A stretch of 64,000 nucleotides of DNA from Monocercomonoides exilis PA203 (Eukaryota; Protista; Preaxostyla), in NCBI GenBank assembly GCA_001643675.2, contig LSRY02000001.1, forward strand, positions 1,116,001-1,180,000, in the 5' to 3' direction. Below are positions 35,768-49,388 of this stretch, one piece after another; within the stretch, counting starts at the first letter, position 1, and each line of letters opens with the position of its first letter. A program made the translations under genes and the position numbers. The notes beneath the pieces were generated by a model. That model did no database searches, had not been told where the DNA came from, and was given only the letters and a program-made list of their open reading frames with translations.

Positions 35768-37377
35768 CAGTCAAAACCGGATATAATCACCTCGAATAAA
35801 ATAACATTCGTTTATAGTCACATTTTTCGATGCAATGACATTTTTGTCCAATTTTTCATTCATTTTCCATTGAATATTGTCACACGGCTGAAAATTAATA
35901 ATTACAATTTTTATTTTTACGTGTGATTTTTTTTTCAGTTTGTCCAAATAAAATGTTGATCTGTCCTTTTTTAATGTCGATCATCCCATCTACAATATTA
36001 AAAATGCTACCCAATATTGATTAGAGTTCGTATAACTGTGAGTATTTTTGTGACGAATTTTTCCTTTGAAGAGTTGTTCGTGTTTATAACTTGCTCAGAA
36101 ATTAATTTGAATTAACATGCCACCTGATATGGTCAGATTTTTTTCTTCTTTATCAAATAATTTAGTTTGAAATTTAATTTTTTCAATATTAATCAAATAA
36201 TGCAGAATGAAACAAATTGTTGGTGAAAAACCAATAAGAAGTTGATGTGGATGAAATTTTTACGAAATGAAGACTTCTATTTTGCATCAAAATGAAAACA
36301 TGTAACGGAACTTTCTCGCAACTCTGCAAAACAATATGTGCATTGATTGAAAATTTATTAAAGCTTTTATCCAATATTTGACGATTAATTTTCAATTTCA
36401 TCTATTTTTAAATGAATATCTGAATGCAATGTAGTGAAATGTTCATTTTTGTGAGAACTTTATTTTGTTGGATCAAAGCGTTTATTGTTAATATGGACCG
36501 TTGATTGGTTGATATTCTATCTATTAATATGTATTCAATCTTTTTTTATGATTAATTCTTGGCGATTTTGTTTTTTGTTTTATGTGTTTTTTTTCATAAG
36601 TCTTGCAACTTGTTAAAGAAGTTTAAAAACTTATATATTGTGTTTTACATATAAATTAAGAATAAGTTCGTGAAACTATGAAGAAATAATTATATGATTG
36701 GATTTTAATTTTGAAACAATTTATCGTTTCATTTTTCTCAATAAAAGCATTTGAGATAAATAAGAAAAATCAAATTACAAGAAATCAATTGTGTTAATAA
36801 ATTCTGATGCGAAAATGATTGATTTGTTTGTTCAAAAGAATGTTAATACGCATAAAAAAGATTGACAACCATATTTTCTCAGCACATTTCAATAAACTTT
36901 CTAGTTATCAATAAAAAACAAATACTGCTTCTGAAACATATTTTTTTATCCAAAAAAATCTGAATTCTTCAAAAACATTCTTATATAAGGCATCAATCGG
37001 GGAAAATAAATGAAGCTGTAAATGAAAGTTGAAAAACAATATATGAAGCAGAAGAATTAGAAATATTCAAACTATTAACACCAAAAATTATGTCTACACC
37101 AAAAAAACAGCAAAAACCATTCGGTCAACACAAAAAATGAATAGAATTAACTGTTAAGCTCAAAAATGAAAAATATTGCACAATTTATTTTTAATTATCA
37201 TGGAATGATCGACATAAAAAAAGGACAGATCAACATTTTTTTTGGGACAGACTGTTTGAAAAATCTATTTTTTGATCAAAAATTTCAAATTTTCGTTTTT
37301 TCAAAATTTAGTTTTAATAAGTCAAAAAACCTAATAAAACAATAAAAATTGTTATATCTATTGAAAAATGTGTATTT
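35768..37377. mobile_element. Older diverged copy of the foldback arm seen at 51049, split by a nested element
   Basis: 35768-35935 and 37255-37377 align colinearly with 51049-51340. Confidence 0.8.
35936..37254. mobile_element. 1.3-kb CAGT-ended element with ~55-bp TIRs; interior decayed
   Basis: CAGTTTGTCCAAATAAAATGTTGATCTGTCCTTTTTTAATGTCGATCATCCCAT / ATGGAATGATCGACATAAAAAAAGGACAGATCAACATTTTTTTTGGGACAGACTG. Confidence 0.82.
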
Positions 37378-37647
37378 GGCGCAATATATTGCACTTCATG
37401 CTTTTTCATAGAAAATTCATGCACTTTTTATTGACTTTTTAATATCAATAAACACAGAAAAAATGGGTCCATTTTTTTTTAACATTTGTGAAATGTTGGA
37501 GAACTTTTTGTTTTGATATCAACGATTCCTGTTTGCGGATCTGAAAATCAAATTTATTTGAAATCTGAGAAAGTTAAATGAATTTATGAGCGAAGTAATT
37601 TTTCAATGACTAGTGCGAAAGAAGCTTGAAAATCCGTATTTTCCCCC
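37378..37647. mobile_element. MITE family D copy (270 bp, ATTT TSD)
   Basis: Similar to 15523 and 33298 copies; ATTT on both flanks. Confidence 0.75.
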
Positions 37648-37651
37648 ATTT

Positions 37652-37893
37652 GTCTCAATTTATTTGAAAAGTTCTTTTTGTTTAATTTTCAGGTCAAAAT
37701 GAAAAATGAATATTTTCTTCAAATTTTCACACTTACTCACCGATATTTATTAGTACATGAATAAAAACATTTTCAAGCATTAATCCACATTCTGGAAAAT
37801 TTTGGTGAATTGGAATGAAAATTTGATAAAAATGTGCATTTTTCATTTTTTCCTGAAAATTAAACAAAAAGAACTTTTCTAAAAAATAATGAC
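37652..37893. mobile_element. MITE family E copy (242 bp, GTC...GAC ends)
   Basis: TIR core GAAAAGTTCTTTTTGTTTAATTTTCAGG / CCTGAAAATTAAACAAAAAGAACTTTTC; homologous to 53508-53747. Confidence 0.8.
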
Positions 37894-37989
37894 ATCTGAA
37901 AGATTTCGCCACCTTAGCAAGCACCAATCAGTCAATTTGAGGAAAAATACAATGTTTTAAAATATTCGAATAAAAATGCATCAATTTGT

Positions 37990-38620
37990 TGAATAATCAC
38001 TAAACTTCAAGATAAATAATACAGCAAAGAAATCAACTTTACTCACAAATCTATCCAAAAACACTGTTTGCCATTTTTATTCTCTTTTTAGGAGCGCCGT
38101 ATCTCAGGAAATGCAAATCATGAAGAGAAGGATTGGTGGAGTCAACAGAATAGTTCAAATTGATGAGATGCTTTTATTTCGCAGAAAATATATATATAAA
38201 AAAAAACCTCAGCAGTGGGTTTTCGGAGGTATTGACGTCCCTCAAACAGGAAAAGGAAAAAGCAATATGTTTATGGAAATGGTTCCAGATAGAAAGAAGC
38301 ACACTTAACATTCTTCGGTGAGAAGAAATATTAAATTAGGTTTAATAATTAACAATGACAGCTGGCGGGCCTACAATGGAATGGAAAATCTTGGTTACAC
38401 ACATAGAATGGTCAATCACAAAAAGACATTTATTAATAAAGAAACAAACACTCACACCAACCGCATTGAAGGTCTCTGGTCCTTGTTTCGTAAAAGCTTA
38501 CCACCACATGGAGTCAGACATTCCGAAATTAAATCGTTCATGGATTTTTTTACTTTCAAAAGACAATAAGATAGCTCTTATAACACGTTTTTGAACACCT
38601 TGGCTGTCAATAATATTTAA
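37990..38620 (+). mobile_element. Merlin transposase relic 2
   Basis: IGGVNRIVQIDEMLLFRRKY, QWVFGGID, MVPDRK, NDSWRAY..LGYTHRMVNHKKTFIN..THTNRIEGLWSLFR. Confidence 0.88.
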
Positions 38621-39674
38621 AAACAAATGCAAGTTTGAATTTTTTTTTTTTTGATCAATTAACTTTTTTTCTTTTTTTGGATGAAATAAATAATATCGAT
38701 TATTCAGAATGATGCAAGTTTAAGCACATAAAAAAACAATGTAATTGTTTTCAATTTACTCATTTTTCACACCATTCAGCATTGCTCTTTATTAATTTTT
38801 TATGAACAAACTTTTAAAAAATATTATTGTCTTTTATTTTTGATTTTCTTAATTCAGCACCCACCAGCACTTTTCATTTTTCACAAATCTTCAACAAAAA
38901 GACATGATTCTCATATTTGAATTTTTATCTTTTTTCTTTTTTTCACATCTGTAATTATGTGTTATGTCAGCTTATTGGGATTAAACCGGAAAATTTTTTC
39001 GAAAAAGCGATCCAAAAAATAGTTATTACACAACTTAAAACTATTTATTCATCAATATTAAAAATATCTCAAAACACAATTTAAGGAAAAAAAGCATTTT
39101 GACTTTAGCTGAATTTTCAAATCAGAAAGATATTCAGGCATTATTTGAAATTTCAAGATATATGAAATGCATAATGAAACAAATATTTTTTTTTGAAAAA
39201 AAATAAAAAAAAATTCAACAGATGCATTTATTTTCGACCAACATAATAAGCTTCATTATTTCTTGTTTCAAAGGTTTTGCCATAACAGTTGAAAAGAAAA
39301 AGGAAAAAAAAAGGAATCAATTCCAATCATTTCAAAATTCAGAGAAAGAAAAGTGTCTTAACCAGCTCTTCATTTTTTTAAAAAACTCATTCATCAAACA
39401 ATAAAAATGAGACCAGCAATAGGAACTGATGAAGAAAGAAGAAAGAAAATCGAAAATCTGAGAAATATTGGAATTCATGAGAATCGAAAAATGAAAAAAC
39501 TGCAAACTTATTCAACTGATGGATAAAGAAAATATTTTCATATCATTTTCTAATTTATGGTCAGGAGAAGATCGAAACTTGGCTCGCAAATGAGTGCACA
39601 TATACAACAATTACAACAGCTATGAATTTGTCATAATAAAAGGCTGGAATAGACATTACACTTCTATTGAACCG

Positions 39675-39726
<52 letters not shown>
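39675..39726. repeat. Poly(A) run, 52 nt
   Basis: Directly visible. Confidence 0.95.
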
Positions 39727-39727
<1 letters not shown>

Positions 39728-40031
39728 AATGGAAAATCCTGAAAATGAAAAAAATCAATCAATTGTTCGTTAAAAAATGAAGCAGAATCCTTTGAACACA
39801 GCTAGGAAAATAGCAACTGAATTGTCAAATCATGGAAGTCCGATTGGAAAATCGAATAATTACCGTGTTCTAACAGAAAATAAAAGAGACCAAAAAATAT
39901 CCAATTTTTTCCTTCAAAAGAATAACGAAGAGAGAAGCAGCGGCAAATATTGAAGAAAACAAAATACTCCGAATTTAATTTATTGAAAAACTTAGCAATT
40001 ATCAAAAAGATGGTGCGATGGTGTTTTATAT

Positions 40032-40284
40032 GGGTGATTATCTTTGAAATCATATTTTTTCATACAAAATTTTCGGTTCAAATTTTTATCTTGAATATTA
40101 ACAAAAGAATACAGAAGAGTGAAAAGGCCTTAAAAACATCAACATCTTTATTTGAGCAAGAAGATTTGTTTACTAAACAATTGTGATAAATACACTAATT
40201 GTGGACAAAATCTCTTCCCAGTGACAAACAACCTTTCAAAAAAGAACACCCCGAAAAAAGGTATTTATTCAAAAATAATCACCC
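40032..40284. mobile_element. MITE family B copy (253 bp; flanks ATAT/ATCT)
   Basis: GGGTGATTATCTTTGAA / TTCAAAAATAATCACCC. Confidence 0.85.
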
Positions 40285-42640
40285 ATCTTGATGAAACTTC
40301 CTGGAATATAGAGTGCATAAGAAAATATGGATGGTCCCCAGTCGGAGAAAAAGTTCTAATTCCTCCTCCTCCCGTTCATCAGTCCCTTTCAGCAATCACA
40401 TCCATATCTCAATCAGGAATGGGATATTCCGAAGTTATTAGAGGATCAATAAATCATGAAATCTTTGAGGCGCACATCAAAAGATTTTTTCTTTCAATAA
40501 AAGTTTATGGATCATCTGTAATTGTGATGGACAACGCTTCAATTCATCATCTTAACACAGATGCAATAATTACGGAAGCCGGCCATCATGCGCTATTCAA
40601 TGCTGCTTATTCACCAGTTCTGAATCCAATAGAAAACGTTTTTGGTTTTTGGAAAAAAAGAGCTGAAGAAAGCTCTTGCATCTGGAAAGGAGAAAACCAT
40701 TTTATTGCAGTACTTGTTGAGACCTTCAAAGATATTACAGCAAGAGAAGTGCGAAGAACCATTGCAAATGTTCAGAATGAAATATGGCCAATGGTTTTGG
40801 AAAAGAAAGACATTCAACATTTACGTTTCATTTATTTATTCTTTCTTCATTTAAGGACGGAAGAATGATTTAATTTGTGTTTATATTTATTATTTTTTTT
40901 ATCTCGTATCATTTTGTTTTTATTTCTTTTATTTCAATCAACGATCTTTATTTATAACAAAGGAAATTGGCTTGTTTGTTCTATATTATCTTATTTTTTT
41001 TAACAAAATGAAGTGAAAAATCCATAAACATTTACGCATAATTATATCACGAAAGGCATTATATCAAAAAAGAATATTAAATAAAAATAATTCCACAAAT
41101 CAGAATAATTTATTGGATTAAAAATTGTTTCAAAAAACACAGATTCAAATTTGCATTTAGAAAAAAAAATGATTGCACATTTATTATTTTTTCATGAAAT
41201 TTCCATCTGCTTGATTCATTATTTGAGAAAAATATGAAAAAAAAAGTGTATTTGAATTGACATATTCTCATATAAAAGTGATCTTTTCAATGAATCAAAA
41301 AATAACACAAAAAAAAAATGAGTTGGTTATGGATCCATAATAATACTTAAAAAAATTTGAAAAAGCTATATAAATCTTGCTCCCACACTTGAAACAATGC
41401 ATATTGTTTCGAAAATCCAGTTTTCATAATTCAAAATGATCAGTTTGCGTAAAAAAGTCGATATTTATTATGGATCAATCATTAAATACAAATCATTTCA
41501 CTTTCTCTCGAATTCAAATTTGTTTGTCAGAGGCATCATCATTATGAATTTATATCAAATTCACATTAAATTTTTCGTAATCAAATAAGTTTTAACCAAA
41601 GAAGATTGTTAAATTAACAAACAATTTCAAATAATGTTAGTCATGAACAGAAGAAAAAAAAAACATTTTTGTGAATGAAATATCAACTATCTTTAAGTAT
41701 TTAATCATCTATTATTTCTATTTTTCAAATTATTTTGCACTTTCTTTTGATCAACAAAAAAAATTTTTTTAAAAGTGATCCAATGTTAATTTTAAAACAT
41801 CTCAATTGAAAACACACAAATTTATTCAAATAATAATAAGAGATAAATATTGATTTTTTTGAAAAATTTTGGAAATCTGATAAATTTAGTATTCACACTC
41901 TTCTTTTGTTTTATTTTTGAAACAAAAATCCCTATTTCTAAATTGATAAAACTTTTTTAATTATATTTCAAAATGGTTAATGAGTTATATTTTGTTGGAA
42001 AATTTCAAAATTTTCAGAAAACATCACAAACGTTACGGAAAATATAGCAAAAAAAATTGATAATTTTTTTTCTCTTGTTAACTTTTTATGAAACATTAAA
42101 TTAATTGCTAAAAATTTTTAATTACGAAAGATTGTTTTTCTATTTCGTTTGCAACTTATTCGACGTCCAATATTTATTTTCGATTTTTGTTTAAACTTTT
42201 TTTTGACTTCTATAAATCTTTAGTGTGAATCTTATTTTTTTTAAAAAGCCTCTCTTTCTTTGATAAATAAATTAGAAAATGACTGAAATTACATTTTCAC
42301 AAATTTATTTTAACTTTCAATTTGTTTTCCATGTTTGAAAATAAATATGATTTCACCGGAACTAATTCTCCTCGTTTCCTTTAAAAAATATTCAACAATC
42401 GTGAAAACAGTTGAATAAAAATACTCAATTGTCATGTGGAATTTTGAGATTTTTTTCCTCATTTCATTTAATTCATCAATCAAAGCATGAAAATGTTGAT
42501 TCTTTTTTTTGATGAAGATTTATTTATGTTCAAAAAAAGGAAAAATTAAATGATATCAATTTTTTCAAAGATTGAGATATAATCTTTTAATAGAAAATAT
42601 TTATTTACAAAATATACATGTATGATAGTTAGATTTTTCG

Positions 42641-43460
42641 TTATGACGAATGTTCTGAAGCACTATCTCTATCACCAACACCATATAAATTTATATTTTC
42701 TGCTTCCTTTTTTGAATCATTATTTTTATTAACAAAAGAATTATTAATAAAAATCATATTTATGTTTATTTCATCATCATCATCTTCTTCTTCTTCTTCA
42801 AGTTCCTTTTTTTCTATTTCTTTTTCTGGTTTATATTTTGGAACATGCTTTATTAGTTCCAAAAAGCTCAACTTCATCGAGGATTTCCCCAAATATAAAG
42901 CGATATGGTTAGAAATAAACTTTTTTCAAGATCCAAAACGTGGAAAAGACGCTCTAAAATGTGACCATAGGCCTTCAATCGTGTTTGTGCTGGAATGCAT
43001 CTCTTTGTTTTCATATTCTTTCAAATGACAGACAATTTGATTCCCATGTCCATTTAATTCTGAACAATTAATATCTCTCCATTCATCTGAAATGATAATT
43101 GTTTTCGGCAAAAGGAACTTTTTTTACGATGAGGATCTATGTATTTCTTTTTCTATTCAGCACAATTGTCATAAAATGAGATCCTTCCCCTCCACCTTCG
43201 AGCCTTTAAACTCCGCCAAAAATCCATATATGATCCTTCTTTCACATTTGTAAATTTTCGTTTTCTCCTTATCGCATCATCAATTTCAACTATCTCACAC
43301 TCACCACCAACAACTTGCAGTGTAGAATTCCATAATTCTGAACAACACACACGAATGACGCTCCCCCCAAATCCCACCGTCTTTTTTCCAACGCGAAGAA
43401 TAATTGATATTATTGTGATAGGAATTTTCAGCCTGATGTCCAAAAAAAAAATAAAAGTAT
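42641..43460 (-). mobile_element. Merlin transposase relic 3, with acidic C-terminal tail
   Basis: VGGECEIVEIDD, IISDEWRD, TNTIEGLWSHFRASFPRFGS, followed by an E/D-rich tract. Confidence 0.85.
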
Positions 43461-43720
43461 GGGTGATTATTTTTGAAATCATATCTTTTTTCTGGATGTT
43501 AATTTTCCAAAGATTGTTTGTTTTTGAGAGTAAAATTTTAATTCAAAAGAGAAAAAGTTTGATAATTGTTTTTAAAAACAAATGGTTTTTCTGAATCAAA
43601 GATTAAAATGCATGCAAATAAGCCTTTTCACTTTTAAAAAGATTTTTTTATTGATACTCTAGAAATATTTTTGCACAGAAATTTTTGTCAGAAAAAATTT
43701 GATTTCAAAAATAATCACCC
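43461..43720. mobile_element. MITE family B copy (260 bp)
   Basis: GGGTGATTATTTTTGAAATCA / TGATTTCAAAAATAATCACCC; flanks GTAT/ATAT. Confidence 0.85.
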
Positions 43721-44305
43721 ATATTCAATTCAAAAAAAGCTACAAAATTTTCTCATAATGCTTTTTTGTATATTGATGTTTTTTCTTTCATTTCAAGAAC
43801 TTTCATTATTTGTTGTTTGAAACTGTTAAATAATAAATTTTTTTGAATTCTTTGTTTGGTGCACTTATAATTCTTTTTCTTTCCCTTTATTTGTATGAAA
43901 AAATAGTATTTTGTTGTGCATTCGTTATTCAATACACAGTTTTGATCAGAAATGCTTTCTGAACCAACATGAATGGAACGGATTCATTATTCTATTTTTC
44001 ATCAAATCCACAAATAAAAAAACACAAATGGAAAATATTTATTATTGATATTTGGAAAAATATGAACTTTCAAACTTTTTTTTTCACAAAGGACAAAATA
44101 ATTGTGCAAATATTCGTGATGTCGGAAATTGAGAAATTGATTCAAATTTAAATAGAAATGTTCATTAATCAAATAAATTAACGTTTTGAATATTTAAAAA
44201 GCGCGGAAGTTTGTCAATATTGAGTTTTTGATTTTTTTTTTGTTTACAAAAAAATATGATTGTGGGACTGAAAAATTGAAAAAATAAAAATGTTTTCTTC
44301 TGTAA

Positions 44306-45378
44306 TTATTTATCCATCAATTTCGATGCACAAGCACCATCAGATAATCCCAAGCTGTCTGTTGATTCTTCTCTTTTCTCATTGGAAGATTCTGAAGGAT
44401 CAAAATCATCAATATCTGGAACATTTTCGTCTGTTAATTCGTAGTCTTCTTCAACATCCTGTTCTTCCAGAATTTGTTCTTCCATTTCCTCTTCCTTTCT
44501 GTAAACGATCATGTATTCAACATCTTGAAAAGCGAGTTGATTTGTATTTTTCTCCATCCAAAATGATTGATAATCCCCACAAAACCGTTCTCTGACACCA
44601 TGTTTTGGGAAAAAACCCGCTAATGCGACAAAATACACTCTATCGTGTTTGCACAAGCTCCGCTCACAAGATCGACGAAATTTCTCTAATGACAGACGGT
44701 TTTATGAATGAATCCGTAAGCTTCCCGTGATGAATAAGCTTTCCATTCATCACTCATGATAGTTGTGCTCTGCAAAATGAGCTGTCTGATTATCGGAAGA
44801 AGAGTTTTTGCTGATCTGTTAAGAACAATATTGATGAATCTCTTCTTAATTTCTTTTTTTATTTTCTTCCCTTTCTATCGCACTAAAAATCCAAATTTGC
44901 TTTTTTCCCCCCTATTATATTTTCTTCGTCTCGATACGCACTCATCAATCTCTATAGTTACACACTCACATCCCAGTTTGATTGGACTGTTGTTGATAAA
45001 ATCCACACAAACACATCTTAACATGCAGCTCCAGTAGCCAACAACTGAATCATGCAAATCAAGCATTTTTTGGATGTTTGATTGCGAAATCCCAAGCCAA
45101 AGAAACAAGATGATGAGTAAAAACTTATTTATTCCACACTTTGAATTCTCCAAATTAGTTCCTTTGTACACTGATTTTTTTGTTGCACATTTTCTACATG
45201 TCCAATACCTATAATTTGCTCCTTCTTTCACCAAGACCTTCTTTTTCTTATGAATTCTGCAATCTGGACTTTGATCTTCCAGAATGTGATGAATAACCCA
45301 ATCCCATGCTGTCTCTTCTTTTATTAATGCACAAATTTAATTGAAAACAGAAAATTTCTTTTCACTTGGATATATCAT
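44306..45378 (-). mobile_element. Merlin transposase relic 4, with acidic tail
   Basis: YRYWTCRKC..KKSVYKGT, TIEIDECVSRRRKYNRG, SDEWKAY, acidic C-terminus; frameshifted. Confidence 0.85.
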
Positions 45379-45529
45379 TTTTGATCATTGTTTGTTTTTC
45401 AATAACCCTAAATGAGAAAATACACATAAATTTTTAAATATTCTAGTAATATTTTTATATATAAAACGTTTTCCGCTCCTTCGAACCATTTTCAAAATGA
45501 ATAAAATACATATTTTTGAAAATCAGACA

Positions 45530-45799
45530 CAAAACAACTGGAATTTTCGTTGTCAGATATTACGCGATTATGCCAATAATTGTTTCACGCATAACTTTTC
45601 CAAACTCTCTCAGATTTCAACATATTTTGTGGTTTAATAAATGCAAATAGGCATCAATGATATGATAACAAATTGCAATGTCTTTCCGTACGGATTACAA
45701 AAAATAAACACTTTTTTTTCTAATTTTTTGATCACAAAAAATCAATTAAAAGTTCATAATTTTTTAAATGAAAAAGCTTGAAGAAACATATTTTCCCTT
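45530..45799. mobile_element. Degenerate MITE family D copy, reversed orientation
   Basis: Right end gcttgaagaaacatattttccctt followed by ATAT; interior resembles the reverse complement of family D. Confidence 0.4.
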
Positions 45800-46559
45800 A
45801 TATTGCTAGAAAATGATAACATTACAGCTTTTTGATTTTTTCAGAAAAAATATTTTTTTGTGAATTGAATCTTGTTGTTATCAAAGTTATCATAAAATTT
45901 CTATTAATAATTAAAATGCTTTTTCTTCTTTCTTTTTGATTTTCAAATTGTCACCATTTCTTTAAAGAGTATTTTGCTAAGAAATTCTCGGGTTTTGCAC
46001 AATTCTTTGATATTCAAACAAAAAAGGGATCAACAAGTCTTCGTTATTATCAAAGCCAAAAGCGACAAGGAGTTAGCGTTCAACTCATATCAACGAATTG
46101 TTTTTTAAGATTTGTCCTGAAGATCCTAAAGAATGTTTTTAAAACTTTCTCATAAACTGCAAAAGATGAAAACTCTTCAAGGGCAAAATTGAGTCTGTTT
46201 TCAATAAAATGAAAATTTAATTTTTCTGTTTTCGATATTCAGAACATTTTTATTTATTTTTTTCAAACTTTTGTGATAGCAAATAATGTTTATTTTGTTT
46301 GTATTATTTCCAAGGAATAATTCGAATATAATTGATCGTTCAGATTTATTTGAAACTTTACTGAATATAATAAATCATGCTGTGTATAAGTTTGAAGATC
46401 ATGATAAATAGTGATAAATTGTTTGTGACGGGTTTATAAATAAAAAATTTCGATTGAAAATATAATTTTTATTTTTTCATTAGAAATGAGACTGTTTTGT
46501 TAAAAAATAGCTTTGAAGAAACGAAATACATGCTCGAATATTATTATTCAAAAAAAAAA

Positions 46560-47460
46560 AATACTAAGTTTGAAAACAGATAAAATTGTTCCATCTCCCA
46601 CTTTGAAATCTTTATCAGACTCAACATCGCTATCTTTATTAACAACATCATCCATTTCTGGAATTTTTTTATTTTCATCTATGATTTCTTCTTTTTCTCC
46701 TTTTTATTCCATTTGAACATATGCAATTTCCTTTTCAAAGCATAGATATTTTAATGATTAAATGTTCGTTTATTCAAATGATGATTTCACCAAAAATAGA
46801 AAAAGATAGTCATGCATAAGTCTGATCCTTGTACCAAATCGAGGGAAAGTGTATCGCAAATGTTGCCATAATTCTTCAATTGTATTTGTATTCGCACCAG
46901 TTTCTGGGTCTCTGAAACGTCTTTTGTGGCACACAGTTTGATGTTTATATCCAAGCGTTACCAGAGAAGAATAAGCGCGCCATTCATCGGAAATAATTAA
47001 TGTTACAGCTTTAATCAATTTCTGGATAAGTGGAGTGAAAGTTTCGTTTTTTCTGTTTGGAACAACAACCACACACAGTTTCCCAGCTCCACATTCATCA
47101 TATATTTCCAAACCTCCGAAAATTCACACTTGATTTCTCTTTCTTCCTCTTATGAACTTCAATTTATTCAAAATAACTTTATCAATTTCAACTGTTTATT
47201 CATCAAATCCAAGAACTGGTTGTATTTCGTTCAACATTTGTGAATAAGTGCGCAGAATCAAACTTCCCCAGCATCCGTCTGTGTCCTTATCAACAGAAAG
47301 AAGCAAAGAAATTGTTTTGTTCTGAATCCCTAGCTAGTAATATTAACAAATCAGAAGAGCAATGAACAATCCATAATTTATTTTGCTGAAAGATGTTCGT
47401 GAAAGAATGCTTTATGGTTATTGCACAATATACGACCGTTTAAATATTTGAAATTATTTA
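46560..47460 (-). mobile_element. Merlin transposase relic 5
   Basis: TVEIDKV, VVVPNRKNET, IISDEWRAY..LGYKHQTVCHKRRFRDPETGANTNTIEELWQHLR. Confidence 0.87.
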
Positions 47461-47669
47461 AAAATACATGAAACATTATATTTTTCTCGTGCAATTTTTT
47501 TTACAGATTCCTTGCGGAAACGTGAAAATTTTGAATTTCAAAAAAATGATCAAAATCACATTTGCTGAAAGAAAAAGATTAAAAAATTTAGTTTTTCTGT
47601 ATTTAATATGAAACGAATGATACGAATAAATAATGATGAGTGAAAGTCATTGTTTTTTGTTAATTCTGG

Positions 47670-48703
47670 CTAATATTCAGAATGTTCAGCCCCGTCACTC
47701 ACTTCCAAAGAATCATCAGAAGTTGCTTCATCTTCATTTAACATGACAGGAACGTTATCTTCGTCGTCATCTTCTTCATTGTCTTCCTCCTCTTCTTGAT
47801 TAAATTCTTCTGGTTTGTATCTTCAAATCGCTTTGACAGTTTCCTCAAATGATAGCTCTCTTGTCTTGTTAAAAACAAATGAGGATTTGAAATCTTCAAT
47901 GAATTTTTCTCTAATACCATTTTTTTGAATTTCCCTGCGAAACTGACTCCAAATTCCTTCAATCATATTCGTCCAAATTTCGCTTTCTGGATCACGAAAG
48001 AGACACTTGTGACAATCAGTTTTATGTGTATACTGTATCTCTTTCAGAGAGGCATACGCTTTCCATTCGTTGCTATGTATTGTCGTTCCAGGTAAAATAT
48101 TGGCTTTGATGATAGGTAATAATGTTTTTTTTTTCCAATTTGGAACACGAACGATAAAGTATTTTTCTTGTTTTCCTTCAACATTTCTCTGAACTGCTTC
48201 AAATAGCCAAATTTGCTTTTAAAAACCTCCTTTGTGAAATTTCCTTTTGTCCAAAATCGCCTCGTCTATTTCTCCGACAGAATTCAGACCTCCTTGTTGT
48301 TCAAATGAATTCACTGCAATTTTGGACATGGAAGCTGCAGTCAATGAAAAAAAAAACCTTCAGAATTTCTATGAATTCCAAGAAGATGAGAAGTTTCTGT
48401 AATTGATAATTTAATCCATTTACATAACAAGATGTTCATGATTTTGTTTAATCCCACTTTTTGATTTTCAATGAATAAACCTGTAAGCAAACTAATTGTT
48501 CTTTCACATCGGTAGCATCTCCATTGTCTTGAGAAAGGATATTTTTTATTTAAAGATATTTTTCTTCTGCATTGTCTGCACTCTTTGAATCTTCCATCCA
48601 AAACATCCCCTTGAAACCAGCCCCATGTGTCATCGGCATAATGGAACATCTTGTAAAGTTTGTGTATTTTCATTTCATGATCTTCTATTTCCATTGAAAG
48701 CAA
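47670..48703 (-). mobile_element. Merlin transposase relic 6, with acidic tail; possible short IR TGCGGAAAC (~47514) / GTTTCCGCA (~48795)
   Basis: CRQC..QWRCYRC..ISLLTG, VGEIDEAI, PGTTIHSNEWKAY, HKCLFRDPE..WTNMIEGIWSQFR. Confidence 0.85.
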
Positions 48704-48845
48704 TTGTTATTTTGTAAATGTGTTGATCAAAAAATTTGATCATTCCCTCGAAAAATAGTTATATTTGCTGATTTCATTTTTGTTTTTTAATGAGTTTCCG
48801 CATTAATTTACTCGTTTATAATAGTGTGTGTGTTTATATTATATC

Positions 48846-49120
48846 TCAATAAACCTTTTCATGAAATATCCAAGCCGGTCGTATATTGAACAATTTCTTG
48901 CTTTTTTTAATCCAGTATTTTGGACAAGCTAAATGGTGATAATTCTTATCATGATAAATTCGTAAATAGCATCTGTGAACTCTGCACATCTGGAGGTTCA
49001 TTGCAATTATTTCTCTTTTGAACCATTCCGCTGTGCTGGTTTCGTCGTTGAAGAGTTTGTTCAGAGAAGAAATGTTTTCATCATCATGAAGATCTCGTCT
49101 TCGCACAATGAGTTCAAAAA
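48846..49120 (-). mobile_element. Merlin relic 7 (5' zinc-ribbon fragment only)
   Basis: LFNDETSTAEWF...CRVH...KNYHHLACPK..IKKS resembles the N-termini of relics 1, 4 and 6. Confidence 0.55.
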
Positions 49121-49149
49121 AAAGATTAATAAATATTAAAATAAAATTT

Positions 49150-49388
49150 GGGTAATTCTTTTTGAAAAGTCGCAAAAGTTAAATTTTCAAATTAATCAAA
49201 AATTTCATATTTTGCTCAAATTTCTGTTTCCACTCACGAATTTTCTTTAGAACGAATGATATCGCATTATCAAGAGATATATTCCTTTTTAGGTAAGTTT
49301 TGTGAATGTTTACAAATAAAAAGCAAAATATGAAATTTCAGATTAATTTGAAAATTTTGCAATTTCAACTTTTCAAAAAGAATTACCC
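49150..49388. mobile_element. MITE family A copy (239 bp)
   Basis: GGGTAATTCTTTTTGAAAAGT / ACTTTTCAAAAAGAATTACCC; flanks ATTT/ATAT. Confidence 0.8.

Larger units (their letters stand above)
39407..40868 (+). mobile_element. IS630/Tc1-like (DDE_3) transposase relic, interrupted by an A52 run and a family-B MITE
   Basis: Removing the MITE restores VFY[I/L]DETSW; also YGWSPVG, VMDNASIH, AYSPVLNPIENVFG (33 residues between D2 and E). The N-terminal part is degenerate. Confidence 0.8.

Noticed and set aside
39675-39726. Poly(A) tail of a retroposed SINE or LINE
   Set aside because: No upstream retroelement body or TSD seen; it lies within an A-rich transposase coding region and is better explained by slippage or sequencing expansion.
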